From positions 615,486 to 665,547 of the forward strand of contig OY969569.1 of NCBI GenBank assembly GCA_963701185.1: a DNA stretch of 50,062 nt. The letters run 5' to 3'. Both the position numbers and the translations under genes were made by a program. This stretch comes from Candidatus Gottesmanbacteria bacterium (GTDB lineage: Bacteria > Patescibacteriota > Microgenomatia > UBA10105 > UBA927). Below the pieces are notes generated by a model. The model was not told where the DNA came from, did not search any database, and worked only from the letters and a program-made list of their open reading frames with translations. The stretch's first letter is position 1. Each line of letters starts with the position of its first letter. Positions 24,355 through 36,157 of the stretch are shown here, piece by piece.

Positions 24355-25790
24355 ATGATTCACAGTTTTGATTTTTGCGTTAAAGAAACACATGATGTCG
24401 GCGAGGTCGTGCAGGTACATAGCTTCCTTGTGAGCGTATCGGGTTTGACCGGCGGGACAATCGGCGAAGGGGTCACCTTTGAAACCGGAGCCCACGGCCG
24501 CATCATGGCCCTTGCCCGGTCAACCACCGAAATCCTCGTCCTGTCACGCTCCATCATGAAACCCGGTACGCGGTGTTCCCGAACAGGCAAACTTATCTCC
24601 GTTTCCTGCGGAACCGGGCTCTTGGGAGAAGTCATCAACAGCATGGGGCACCTTCTGTCCACCGATAAAGCTGCCAGCCGTGAAACCGAGAACCGCCCGA
24701 TCGAAGCGTCCCCCGTCGGCATGACGGGCAGAATGCCGGTCGACACGTTTTTGGAAACCGGCATTGCCGCGATTGACTGCATTGTCCCCATCGGCCGCGG
24801 CCAGCGGGAACTGGTGATCGGCGACCGGACCACCGGCAAAACGCATGCGCTGCTGCAAATTGTAGCCACACAGGCGAAGATGGGTACGGTGTGTATCTGG
24901 GCGGCAATCGGAAAACGGAAGTCGGATATCAAAGCAGTCGAAACATTTTTAACACAAAACGGGGCCATGAAAAACACGCTGATTGTCGCCGCTGATTCGT
25001 ATGCGGCGCCGGGCGAAATATTTTTAGCGCCGTACACCGCCATGACACTCGCTGAGTATTTCCGGGATACGGGAAAAGACGTGCTGTTGGTTTTGGACGA
25101 CCTGACCACCCATGCAAAATATTACCGTGAAATTTCCCTCCTGTCCGGCCAATTTCCCGGGCGCGAATCCTACCCGGGGGATATTTTTCACGTTCATTCG
25201 AAACTGCTGGAACGCGCCGGATCGTTTGACATCCATAAAAAGCCGGTCACCATCACATGTCTGCCTGTTGCCGAAAGCGCCGGCGGCGACATGGTCGGGT
25301 ATATCCAAACCAACCTCATGTCCATGACCGACGGGCATCTGTACTTTGACAGCGACATGTATTTTCGCGGGATCCGTCCGGCCCTTAACGTCTTTTTATC
25401 CGTGACGCGCGTGGGCCGGCAAACCCAAACGCCGCTCCTTCGGGATATCGGCAAAACCGCCCTGTCGACGCTCAAAAAATATGAAAATGCGCAGAGCTTC
25501 CTCCGGTTCGGGCCGGATATCTCCCCCCAACTCCAGGAAGTTATCAAACTGGGAGATCACATTACCGCATTTTTAGATCAAACCGGATCATGGAGCATGG
25601 CGGATTCTTTAGCATCGGTGTTATTTGCCCTTATCACCGTGCACGCGTGGGACGGGACAAACGGCCGGGGTATCGCGGAGCGTTTTGACAAAGACGCAGC
25701 ATTTCAAACAACAATCCGGAGCCTGGCTGCCCGCGCCACATCGCTTGAAACACTCACGGCCGCAGTACAAAAGGCCAAACTAACAGTCAT

Positions 25791-25794
<4 letters not shown>
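24355..25794 (+). CDS. atpA: F1 ATPase alpha subunit, divergent, shortened at N- and C-termini
   Basis: GRGQRELVIGDRTTGKT, YREISLL..PGRESYPGDIF..HSKLLERA, TNLMSMTDGH, RPALNVFLSVTRVG. Confidence 0.92.
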
Positions 25795-28015
<2,221 letters not shown>

Positions 28016-28018
28016 CAA

Positions 28019-28094
28019 CAATTTTCAATTTTCAATGATTCATTGACCAATTGTTCATTTATTGAAAATTGATAATTGAAAATTGATAATTGAT
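28019..28094. repeat. AT-rich imperfect 7-bp repeat array with inverted halves, between atpD and atpC
   Basis: CAATTTT CAATTTT CAAT... then ATTGAAA ATTGATA ATTGAAA ATTGATA ATTGATA. Confidence 0.75.
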
Positions 28095-28108
28095 AGTAAC
28101 TATAACGT

Positions 28109-28363
28109 ATGATATCAAATACCTCCATCAGTGTGATCGTCCGGAAGAAAGACGGCGTCATTTTTAACGGGAATGCCGAGAGCGTCTCGTCGACAAATGA
28201 CAAAGGAAATTTTGATATTTTACCCATGCACACCAACTTTGTGGCGATCATCAAAAATACCCTCATTATCCGGCCGCCGCAAAAAACTCCGGTCACATTG
28301 TCGGTCCCGCGCGGGATTATCCACGTCAAACAAAATGCCGTGGAAGTCTTCGTAGGAATTTAG
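28109..28363 (+). CDS. atpC: F1 ATPase epsilon subunit, N-terminal beta-sandwich only (84 aa)
   Basis: IFNGNAESVSSTNDKGNFDILPMHTNFVA..RGIIHVKQNAVEVF; follows beta. Confidence 0.85.
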   Translation: MISNTSISVIVRKKDGVIFNGNAESVSSTNDKGNFDILPMHTNFVAIIKNTLIIRPPQKTPVTLSVPRGIIHVKQNAVEVFVGI

Positions 28364-29808
28364 CTTCGCAAGGCGTCTCCTTGCGAAGCTAATTTTTTGT
28401 AGAGGGATTTGTATCGTTTCGCGCTCACGAGCCAGGAAAAATCCTGCCGCATGCAATTTTCCGCCATTTTTTTCCACCGTTTGGGATTGTTGTTCCAGAG
28501 GGCAAACGCCTCTTTGAGTTTGGCAAGTAATGCCGTTTCGTTGTAGTCCTCAAAAACAAATCCGGTTTTCCCATCAACAACGGTATCCGCGAGGCCGCCG
28601 GTCTTGCGCACGATCGGTATCGTGCCATACCGCATCGCGATCATCTGGGTGAGGCCGCAGGGTTCAAACTTTGACGGCACCACCAGATAATCCGCACCGG
28701 CGTAAATCCGGCGGGCCAAGCGTTCATCAAACGTGGGCACGAATACGAAATGGTCCGGATATTTTTTGGCAACTGCCGCCAGCGTCTGTTTAATCTTTTT
28801 CGGACCGGTGCCTAAAATGATCACTTGCGCCCCATCGGGTAACAGATGCCCCAATGCCTCGATAAGAATATCTATACCCTTTTGCCGGACCTCCAGGCGC
28901 CCCACAAACCCGATAAGCGGCATCTTGGCAACCGGTAGTTTCAGGGTTCTCTGGAGATATTCTTTGTTTGCCTGTTTGCCGTCTATCATATCATGTTTCC
29001 CGTAATGCACCGAGAGCGACACGTCGTCCCGCGGATCCCAGGTGGCATCGTCGATGCCGTTGACTATGCCTACGACATCGCCGCGGCGGCGGGCAAGGAC
29101 CTCGTTGACGTGCTGGCCGTAATCGCCGGTCAAAATCTCCCTGGCATACGTCGGCGACACCGTGGAAATCACGTCCGCGTGCTCCAACCCCTCCCGAAAG
29201 AGTTTGATCGTCGGACCTTTTTTCGTCGTCAGGATGTGAAAAATACGTTTCGGCAGGTTCAGTGTTTTTATAAGCGAAACCGGTGCGGTCCCCTGGTACA
29301 GGAGGTTGTGGATGGTGAGAATGGTTTTGGTGCGGATGGACTCAAGCGTCTCTTCTTCACGGCGGAGCTTGTTACTTTCCCCCAAAATGAGCGGCACAAG
29401 GGCCGTATGCCAATCATGGCAATGGACGATATCCAGTTTTCCCCCGATGACATCGGGGGAAAACTCATACAGGCGGCCGACACAGCAGGAAAAGAAGGCA
29501 AATTTTTCAATAATATCTCCCTCATGGTAGTCGTTGAGCTTCGGATGGCGGAAAAGGTAGAGGGGTACCTGACTATCAGGGATCTTTGATTCGAAAATAA
29601 ACACAAGCTCCCGGGAACCGCCAAAATCAACCGCGATCTGGCCCACACAACGGACGGGCTTGATGGCGATGGCCTTGTAGTATGGCATTGCGACCCGTAT
29701 ATCCACCCGCAGCTTCTTTAAAGCAATCGGGAGGCTGCGTGAGACATCCCCCAGCCCGCCGATTTTATAGAGGCCCGCCAACTCACTGGTAACAAACAAA
29801 ACTCTCAT
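28360..29808 (-). CDS. glgA: Glycogen/starch synthase (GT5)
   Basis: KIGGLGDV, HCHDWHTA, TIHNLLYQG, VPSKFEPCGLTQMIAMRYGT, GGLADTV. Confidence 0.93.
   Translation of the reverse strand: MRVLFVTSELAGLYKIGGLGDVSRSLPIALKKLRVDIRVAMPYYKAIAIKPVRCVGQIAVDFGGSRELVFIFESKIPDSQVPLYLFRHPKLNDYHEGDIIEKFAFFSCCVGRLYEFSPDVIGGKLDIVHCHDWHTALVPLILGESNKLRREEETLESIRTKTILTIHNLLYQGTAPVSLIKTLNLPKRIFHILTTKKGPTIKLFREGLEHADVISTVSPTYAREILTGDYGQHVNEVLARRRGDVVGIVNGIDDATWDPRDDVSLSVHYGKHDMIDGKQANKEYLQRTLKLPVAKMPLIGFVGRLEVRQKGIDILIEALGHLLPDGAQVIILGTGPKKIKQTLAAVAKKYPDHFVFVPTFDERLARRIYAGADYLVVPSKFEPCGLTQMIAMRYGTIPIVRKTGGLADTVVDGKTGFVFEDYNETALLAKLKEAFALWNNNPKRWKKMAENCMRQDFSWLVSAKRYKSLYKKLASQGDALRS
28361..28391. terminator. 13-bp perfect-stem hairpin over the convergent atpC/glgA stop codons
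   Basis: TAGCTTCGCAAGG-CGTCT-CCTTGCGAAGCTA. Confidence 0.55.
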
Positions 29809-29970
29809 GAATTAGTACCCCCGAAATGATTTTCTTGCCTGATACAGCTCCTCTGTCAAGCCTCCGTGAACCCGATGCCGTTCTTTGAGAGAAAGAATAA
29901 GTTTATCCAGGAGAAAATTTGCCTGGTGAACGAGGGTAATCATAAGATTCACCGCTTTTACCTGAGAATC

Positions 29971-30060
29971 GGGGAGATAAGGGAAATTGGGGTGATCGGG
30001 TAAAACAGGAGATTTTTTTATCGTCTCCCATATCTCCCCTATCTCCCTGATCTCCCCTAC
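29971..30060. repeat. Two oppositely oriented imperfect 9-bp arrays inside the four-helix-bundle gene
   Basis: TCTCCCATA TCTCCCCTA TCTCCCTGA TCTCCCCTA and GGAGATAAG GGAAATTGG GGTGATCGG. Confidence 0.7.
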
Positions 30061-30131
30061 TTTTTCTTTTCCCCAAAGCGGCAACTTTTGCTGCCGGGCG
30101 AAAGAAAGATAGTCTTGGTAGCCTTCCGCAA

Positions 30132-30176
30132 CCCGCCCGCCACGCAAGCCGAGCGTTGCGAGGCGTTGCGGGCAGG
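30132..30176 (-). repeat. 45-bp GC-rich palindromic insertion (second family)
   Basis: CCTGCCCGCAACGCCTCGCAACGCTCGGCTTGCGTGGCGGGCGGG splits the ATT codon of QN-I-AEG. Confidence 0.8.
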
Positions 30177-30416
30177 TATTCTGCGTCCCGCTTCTTGCTG
30201 CTTGTACCATCTGGTCCGTTGTTCTACTCTTTGGACTAATCCATCGCTTGCAAAACTCTACTGTGTAATCATAAATTGGAACAGTAAGTTTATAACAAAG
30301 AAGATATTCGTAACCGGCATTAGGCATTACTCTCACGGTAACACAGAAGTGTGAACGCGTTCAAGGAGAAAGAATTAGCACTCTATTTAGATAAGTGCTA
30401 TACCTCTATACGCGGG

Positions 30417-31532
30417 TTATTGGGACAATATTTTTTCGTAAACCCTCTCGTACCCTTCCACCATTTTTTCTACCGTAAAATGTTCCTCCACGTGTTTGCG
30501 GCATGCGGCACGGTCGATTTGATCAATCTTTTTAATCGCCTCCACCAATCCGGGAACGCCCGCCTCCGGCGGGACGACAAATCCTGTCACACCGTCTTTC
30601 ACTATTTCGGCCACCGAGCCGCGGTTGAAAGCAACAACCGGCGTGCCGCAGCTCATGGATTCTATCATCACCAGCCCGAACGGTTCCTCCCACTGGATCG
30701 GAAATATCAGCGCCTTCGCTTTTTGATAGGCTGATGCAAGACTTGCTCCCTGCATCAAACTATTAAGTACTATATTCTTCCCATCCACAAACGGGGCGAT
30801 TTTCTCTTTATAATAGGAAGATTCTTTAATGGCGTCATTCATCCATGTGGCAAACGTGAGAGGTAAACCCGCCTGTTTGGCCGCCGCAATGGAAATATCA
30901 TGACCTTTGACCGCAACCATGCGTCCGACCGCAACAAGACCGCTTCCGCCTTTTGCGTCAAACGGGAACGCGGCAGGATCTATCCCGTTGTAGACCGTAT
31001 CAATAAAATGCTCCCCCAAGGAGCCCCGCTGGCTGTTGCTGATGGATATATATTTGTGCGTGGGAAACCGGTCAAACAGCCAATGCTCCAGCATATCCGG
31101 GGTCGGCACCGGATCATGAAGCGTGTAAAGCGTTGGAACGCCGGTAAACTCCTCCCAAAAATGGGCAAAATAGCCGAATGAGTGGAAATTATGAATAAGA
31201 TCTATCTTGCCGTCGCGGGCCTCCCCGTATGCGCGCTCGACTAAATCCAGTTCATAATACATTTTTGTCCCATACAGGGACATTTTATCCTGAATTTCCG
31301 GTGATATGTCCTGAAAAACGCGGACTTTCAAGTCCTTTTCAAGTAATATTGTATCACCCGTGGTCAGTGTTGACCCTGCGGGATCTTCCGGCGCCGTAAA
31401 CCAGCGGACGTCATGACCGCGTGCGGTGAGCCCTGCGGCAAGATGGCGGACCAAATCACCGGGGGCAAAAATGCGGTCCTTATAGCGGGTGGTATACATG
31501 TAGATAGAAGGCGTGAGAATACCGATCTTCAT
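30417..31532 (-). CDS. Glycosyltransferase family 4
   Basis: VYNGID, VGRMVAVKG, WEEPFGLVMIESMSCGTPVVAFNRGSVAEIV. Confidence 0.9.
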   Translation of the reverse strand: MKIGILTPSIYMYTTRYKDRIFAPGDLVRHLAAGLTARGHDVRWFTAPEDPAGSTLTTGDTILLEKDLKVRVFQDISPEIQDKMSLYGTKMYYELDLVERAYGEARDGKIDLIHNFHSFGYFAHFWEEFTGVPTLYTLHDPVPTPDMLEHWLFDRFPTHKYISISNSQRGSLGEHFIDTVYNGIDPAAFPFDAKGGSGLVAVGRMVAVKGHDISIAAAKQAGLPLTFATWMNDAIKESSYYKEKIAPFVDGKNIVLNSLMQGASLASAYQKAKALIFPIQWEEPFGLVMIESMSCGTPVVAFNRGSVAEIVKDGVTGFVVPPEAGVPGLVEAIKKIDQIDRAACRKHVEEHFTVEKMVEGYERVYEKILSQ

Positions 31533-31577
31533 ATCATCTCCATAGGCTCTTGTAAAAACTTGTAAAATTAGCCTCGT

Positions 31578-32768
31578 CTATCGTTGGTGGACATCCCGGT
31601 AGAGTTTATCAAACCGCTCGGCGATTTTGGTCCAGGTGAATTTTTCGGCAACCAGTGCGTGTCCCCGTTCGCCCATTTTCCGCCGAAGTTCGTCATTGGC
31701 AAAAAGCTTGTTGACCGCCTCAGCAATCTGGGTGCTGTTGCGGCTGCGGACAAACAGACCCGTCACCCCGTCTTTGACCGCCATCACGACCCCGCCGCGC
31801 CGGGTCACAACCACGGGGGTTTTGGCGCCCATCGCTTCTATAATAGTAAGTCCCAACGGCTCATCCCACACCGCCGGCGAAACGAAGACGTCGGCAAGAT
31901 AAAACAAGTCCAGATATTCTTCATATTTACGGACAAACGGGAGCATCAGCACATTTGTTAAATTGAGGTGTTTGACCATATCTTCCAGATGCTGCCGCTG
32001 GGGGCCATCTCCTGCGATAATAATGTTGCCGTTAATATTTTTTGCCGCCTTTACAAAATACTCCACACCCTTTTCCGTTATCAGTCGGCCCGTGAAGAGT
32101 GCTACCTTTTTACCTTCCAGTCCTAATTTTTTCCGAAGATCCCCCACTCCGGGCCGCTTTGACGGGAAAAGTGAGAGCCGGATGCCGCCGGGGATTGTCC
32201 GGGTTTTTGCCGACAACTCTCCTCCGAACATCCGCAAAAGCTTGGCGCGCGTGTCTCCGGAGACGACGGTAATCGCCTGCGCGGCCCGAAGCGCATCGCG
32301 CGTCATACGCACATATCTACGGTCTTTGGCAATGGCGGCAAGACAGCTGCCGTGGGAGGTGAGGATAATCCGTTTTCCGTAGATGGAGCGGGCATACCGG
32401 GCGGCCCAGGAATTGATCATGACATGATGGACGTGGATGATATTCGGCTGAAATGCTTCGATGGCGCGGGAGAGTCCGTCAATATTGGCCGCATAGAGCG
32501 CCGCAATCTCCCGGTCCGTGAGCTCACTGTATTTTTTTGCACTTTCCAGCCCCGGACGGCCCACATACACCGGAATCTGCGGCAATTTCAGTTCAAAATG
32601 TTTGATAGCGGGATGGATAATTTCCGTATCGGGCCGGACAATACCCAGATCATAGTGGTATGCCTCGACCAACCGGAGCATGAGATACTTCACATATGCG
32701 CCCGAGCCGCCGCCGTGCAGGGGAAAATCATAAAAAAATAGCACGCGCGGACGCCCTCCGTTTGTCAT
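31578..32768 (-). CDS. Glycosyltransferase family 4
   Basis: FTGRLITEKG, IAGDGP, PAVWDEPLGLTIIEAMGAKTPVV. Confidence 0.9.
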   Translation of the reverse strand: MTNGGRPRVLFFYDFPLHGGGSGAYVKYLMLRLVEAYHYDLGIVRPDTEIIHPAIKHFELKLPQIPVYVGRPGLESAKKYSELTDREIAALYAANIDGLSRAIEAFQPNIIHVHHVMINSWAARYARSIYGKRIILTSHGSCLAAIAKDRRYVRMTRDALRAAQAITVVSGDTRAKLLRMFGGELSAKTRTIPGGIRLSLFPSKRPGVGDLRKKLGLEGKKVALFTGRLITEKGVEYFVKAAKNINGNIIIAGDGPQRQHLEDMVKHLNLTNVLMLPFVRKYEEYLDLFYLADVFVSPAVWDEPLGLTIIEAMGAKTPVVVTRRGGVVMAVKDGVTGLFVRSRNSTQIAEAVNKLFANDELRRKMGERGHALVAEKFTWTKIAERFDKLYRDVHQR

Positions 32769-32793
32769 ACGATAAGTATACTAAATATGGGAG

Positions 32794-33588
32794 TTAAAAC
32801 ACAAGCGTTTCGCGCAGGACGAGCCAGACAAATTCGGGGATGGCCAGCTGACGGCGGATGCGCCGGGGCTCAAGAAGTAACCGCCAGAACCATTCGAGAC
32901 CCAGGGAACGCATCCAAACCGGCGCCCGCGGCAGACGGCCGGAGATAATATCAAATGATCCGCCGACTGCCATAAAGATAACTCCATGCACATCCCGCGA
33001 AAGCCGCTGGATAAAATATTCCTGTTTCGGCGGCCCCAGGGCGACGAAGACTATTCGGGTACCTTCACGTATAATTTTACGGGCCAACCGTTCAAAATAT
33101 ATTTTCTCATTTGAATTATGAATGATGAATAATGAATTATGAATTTCAATTTCTGGTCCATCTTCTGCCCAGGAATCCTGTAGTAAATTATACTTTTGAC
33201 GTAAGCACTCGAGTGTCTCCACTGCCAAATTATCCCGACCTCCTATAAGTCCTATCGGGACGTGACATTTTTCGGCACGTTGAACGAGGTTCTCCATAAA
33301 CTCTACACCCGGAATTGGTTGTACCATACGGTTTTTTGTCAATATAGTACTTGCCCACACGACGCCGACCGTATCGGGGAGCGCTATATCGGCCCGATTT
33401 AAAATATCTGCAAAAGAGGGGTCATGCCTCGCGCGGACCAGCTGTTCGGTGTTCGGCGTGAAGATTTTGAGTGATTTTTGACTGGTTTTTCGTTCTTGAG
33501 ATAAATACTTCTGAATTTCCTCTAGGATTTCATTTTTAGAAGCATTTGTAATCGATATTCCCAGTATTTTTACCGCATTTAATCTCAT
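32794..33588 (-). CDS. WecB/TagA/CpsF family glycosyltransferase
   Basis: IFTPNTE, LPDTVGVVWAS, VFVALGPPKQE, VGGSFD..G..RAPVWMRSLGLEWFWRL..EPRR. Confidence 0.9.
   Translation of the reverse strand: MRLNAVKILGISITNASKNEILEEIQKYLSQERKTSQKSLKIFTPNTEQLVRARHDPSFADILNRADIALPDTVGVVWASTILTKNRMVQPIPGVEFMENLVQRAEKCHVPIGLIGGRDNLAVETLECLRQKYNLLQDSWAEDGPEIEIHNSLFIIHNSNEKIYFERLARKIIREGTRIVFVALGPPKQEYFIQRLSRDVHGVIFMAVGGSFDIISGRLPRAPVWMRSLGLEWFWRLLLEPRRIRRQLAIPEFVWLVLRETLVF
33112..33153. repeat. 7-bp TGAATTA-type array in frame inside the WecB/TagA gene
   Basis: TGAATTA TGAATGA TGAATAA TGAATTA TGAATTT; encodes EIHNSLFIIHNSN. Confidence 0.7.
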
Positions 33589-33606
33589 AGTTTACTAATA
33601 GTGATT

Positions 33607-33703
33607 AGCACTTAGTACTGAGAACTTAGAGCTTGGCGCAAATGAACACTTTTTTCCGTACCTAATTCTGAATAATGAATCATGAATTATGAATTATGAA
33701 TAA
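33607..33703. repeat. Two intergenic 7-bp arrays
   Basis: AGCACTT AGTACTG AGAACTT AGAGCTT (33607-33634) and TGAATAA TGAATCA TGAATTA TGAATTA TGAATAA (33669-33703). Confidence 0.75.
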
Positions 33704-33749
33704 TTAATATGAGCTTAAATCAAACTATATCAATTTTACCCTATTTTTG

Positions 33750-34805
33750 CTATTTTCTTGCGACTGTCCTTTTATATAGGTCTATATTTTCCAGCGCAAC
33801 TCCGGTCCCCCGCACAACGCAGAGCAAAGGGTCTTCCGACACATGACAGACAACGCCGGTCATGTGGGTCATGAGTTTGTCAAAATTCCGAAGGAGACTT
33901 GTGCCGCCCGCCATGACAATCCCCTTGTCAATAATATCTGCGGCCAATTCCGGCGGCGTTTCTTCAAGGACTCCTTTCACCGCAACGATGATTTGGTGCA
34001 GGGTCGGGGTAATGGCTTCTGAAATTTCACCGCTCGTAAGTTCCACCATGCGCGGCAACCCCGACACCGTATCCCTGCCGCGGACCTCCATAGATGTCAT
34101 CCCCGACTTGATCGGGGATCCGCCGATTCCCGCCTTCGCGGGAATGACAACCGGGAGAGCATCTCCTATGGTCATTTTTATCGTCTCTGCCATCCGTTCC
34201 CCGATAATCAGGTTATATTTTTTCTTGATGTAATTGAATATCGCCTCATCCAGTTTGTTGCCCGCCACCCGTGCGCTCTTGTGAACGACGACCCCGCCCA
34301 GGGATATCACCGCGGCCTCCGTTGACCCGCCGCCGACATCAACAATCATGTGTCCCGAGGCCTGGGCGATGGGAATTTTGGCGCCGATGGCTGCCGCAAG
34401 CGGCTCTTCGATAAGATACGCAACATTGGCGCCGGCAGAGAGCGTGGCATCCAGAACTGCCCGGCGCTCGACCTGGGTGACGCCGGACGGCACGCAGATC
34501 ATGACTTCGGGTTTAAAAATACGGTTGCGGCCGACTACTTTATCGATAAAGAAGGAAAGCATTGCCTCGGTAATCCGGTAATCGGCAATCACGCCGTCGC
34601 GCATCGGACGCGTCGCCATGATATTGCCGGGGGTCCGCCCCAGCATTTCCTTGGCCTCGTTGCCCACGGCCACCACGCGGCCGTCATCCAGGGTTATGGC
34701 CACCACCGTCGGCTCGTTGACGACAACACCCGAGCCCGCCAGCCACACGAGGGAATTTGCCGTCCCTAAATCTATGCCGATTCTTTTACGCCACTTGTTA
34801 AACAT
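33750..34805 (-). CDS. mreB: Rod shape-determining protein MreB/Mbl with in-frame REP insertion
   Basis: IGIDLGTAN, RPMRDGVIAD, EEPLAAAIGA, VDVGGGSTE, AGGTSLL. Confidence 0.96.
   Translation of the reverse strand: MFNKWRKRIGIDLGTANSLVWLAGSGVVVNEPTVVAITLDDGRVVAVGNEAKEMLGRTPGNIMATRPMRDGVIADYRITEAMLSFFIDKVVGRNRIFKPEVMICVPSGVTQVERRAVLDATLSAGANVAYLIEEPLAAAIGAKIPIAQASGHMIVDVGGGSTEAAVISLGGVVVHKSARVAGNKLDEAIFNYIKKKYNLIIGERMAETIKMTIGDALPVVIPAKAGIGGSPIKSGMTSMEVRGRDTVSGLPRMVELTSGEISEAITPTLHQIIVAVKGVLEETPPELAADIIDKGIVMAGGTSLLRNFDKLMTHMTGVVCHVSEDPLLCVVRGTGVALENIDLYKRTVARK
34095..34149 (-). repeat. TGTC-tagged REP doublet (55 bp, minimal spacer) inside mreB
   Basis: TGTC-ATTCCCGC(GAAG)GCGGGAAT-CGGCGG-ATCCCCGA(TCAAG)TCGGGGAT-GACA; reads VIPAKAGIGGSPIKSGMT. 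Confidence 0.9.
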
Positions 34806-34807
34806 AC

Positions 34808-34894
34808 TTTTAAATTTTCAATTTGAAATTTTTAATTTTTAATCAATTTTTAATTCTTAATTTCAAATTTTAAATTTTAAATTTCGAATTTTTT
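34808..34894. repeat. AT-rich imperfect 7-bp array upstream of mreB
   Basis: AATTTTC AATTTGA AATTTTT AATTTTT.. AATTTTA AATTTTA AATTTCG. Confidence 0.7.
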
Positions 34895-34942
34895 CGTGTA
34901 TTGGTATTCTACCATACATGGGTATATAATATATCCGTCCCT

Positions 34943-36115
34943 ATGCCCAAATTCAGACCCATTCTTATATCTATTGTTACGGTATGTTCTATTATCGGCA
35001 TCGCTATCGCAGTCATTGCCTACGGCCGCGGATACCGGTTGGACCTCAACAAAACCTCCATTAAACCTACCGGGCTTATCAGCGCCACCAGCGATCCGAT
35101 CGGGGCGCAGGTTCTGGTGGACGGCGTTCTCAAAACTGCGACAAATAATTCCTTCAATATCGATCCCGGCTTCTATACCATCCGTATCACAAAAGAAAGC
35201 TATATCCCCTGGGAGAAGAAAATACGCGTGCAGGGAGAGGTTGTGTCTGCCGTGAGCGCTTTCCTGTTTCCTACCAATCCGAGCCTGTCGCCTCTCACGA
35301 CGCTGGGCATCGTCAACCCGGTGCTTTCTCCTGACGGCACGAAGGTGGCCTACCTTATTCCGTCCCCCGCGTCCCGGGCCGGACTGTGGTATTACGGACT
35401 CTCCGAAGGCCCTCTCGGAAGAAACCGCGATCCGGTACACATAGATCAGAATACGACGCTGAATTTCACAAAGAGCACGATTACCTGGTCGCCGGATGCA
35501 ACACAGCTTTTAGTGGAAAATGATGCGAGTAGCCGCCTCTACACGCTCGAGAAACCCAATACATTCACGGATGTGACCGCCACACGCCTTCTGCTTCTTG
35601 CTGACTGGGCGGCGGCGCAGGCCGATACGGACAAGCAAAAACTTGCCGCGTTTAAGCCGGCAATTGTCAATCTGGCCACCTCGAGTGCTAAAATTATTTC
35701 TTTCTCACCGGATGAAACGAAAATTTTGTATGAAGCGACCGCGTCCGCGACTATCCCGCTCGTTTTGGTACCGCCTCTTATCGGTACAAACTCTACACCT
35801 GAAGACCGGAATATCAAACCGGGGAAATTCTATGTGTACGACAGCCGCGAAGATAAAAACTATTTTCTTCTCAATAAAAAAGAAATTTCCGGAGCCATTC
35901 AGTGGTTCCCGACAAGCCGCCATCTCCTCCTTACCCTGAAGAGTAAAATTGACGTCATCGAATATGACCGGACCAACTGGATCACGATCTATTCCGGACC
36001 GTTTGTCGACGACTTCGTGGCGCCGTGGAGTAACGGAAGCCGGATTATTATTTTGACGAATCTCAACGGAGACGCCCTGAGTCTTCCTAATTTATATACC
36101 GTCAACCTGCGGTAA
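34943..36115 (+). CDS. PEGA-domain membrane protein with TolB-like beta-propeller repeats
   Basis: N-terminal TM, GRGYRL, SDPIGAQVLVDG..PGFYTIRITKESYIPW, then SPDGTKVAY, WSPDA, FSPDE. Start placed at MPKF. Confidence 0.8.
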   Translation: MPKFRPILISIVTVCSIIGIAIAVIAYGRGYRLDLNKTSIKPTGLISATSDPIGAQVLVDGVLKTATNNSFNIDPGFYTIRITKESYIPWEKKIRVQGEVVSAVSAFLFPTNPSLSPLTTLGIVNPVLSPDGTKVAYLIPSPASRAGLWYYGLSEGPLGRNRDPVHIDQNTTLNFTKSTITWSPDATQLLVENDASSRLYTLEKPNTFTDVTATRLLLLADWAAAQADTDKQKLAAFKPAIVNLATSSAKIISFSPDETKILYEATASATIPLVLVPPLIGTNSTPEDRNIKPGKFYVYDSREDKNYFLLNKKEISGAIQWFPTSRHLLLTLKSKIDVIEYDRTNWITIYSGPFVDDFVAPWSNGSRIIILTNLNGDALSLPNLYTVNLR

Positions 36116-36124
36116 CCACAATAA

Positions 36125-36157
36125 GCGCCTCTAGAAGGAATTGAACCCTCATCTGAG
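36125..36157 (-). pseudogene. Isolated 3' half of a tRNA (T arm plus acceptor strand)
   Basis: AGAT-GAGGG-TTCAATT-CCTTC-TAGAGGC-G directly after tRNA-Arg; no matching 5' half nearby. Confidence 0.6.

Larger units (their letters stand above)
29812..30327 (-). pseudogene. Four-helix-bundle (suffix-domain) protein gene with a 45-bp in-frame insertion and an approximately 25-codon in-frame deletion
   Basis: DQMVQAARSGTQN..AEG and C-terminal GGLTEELYQARK; compared with paralogue 36220-36816. ORF is open, so it may still be translated. Confidence 0.65.
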
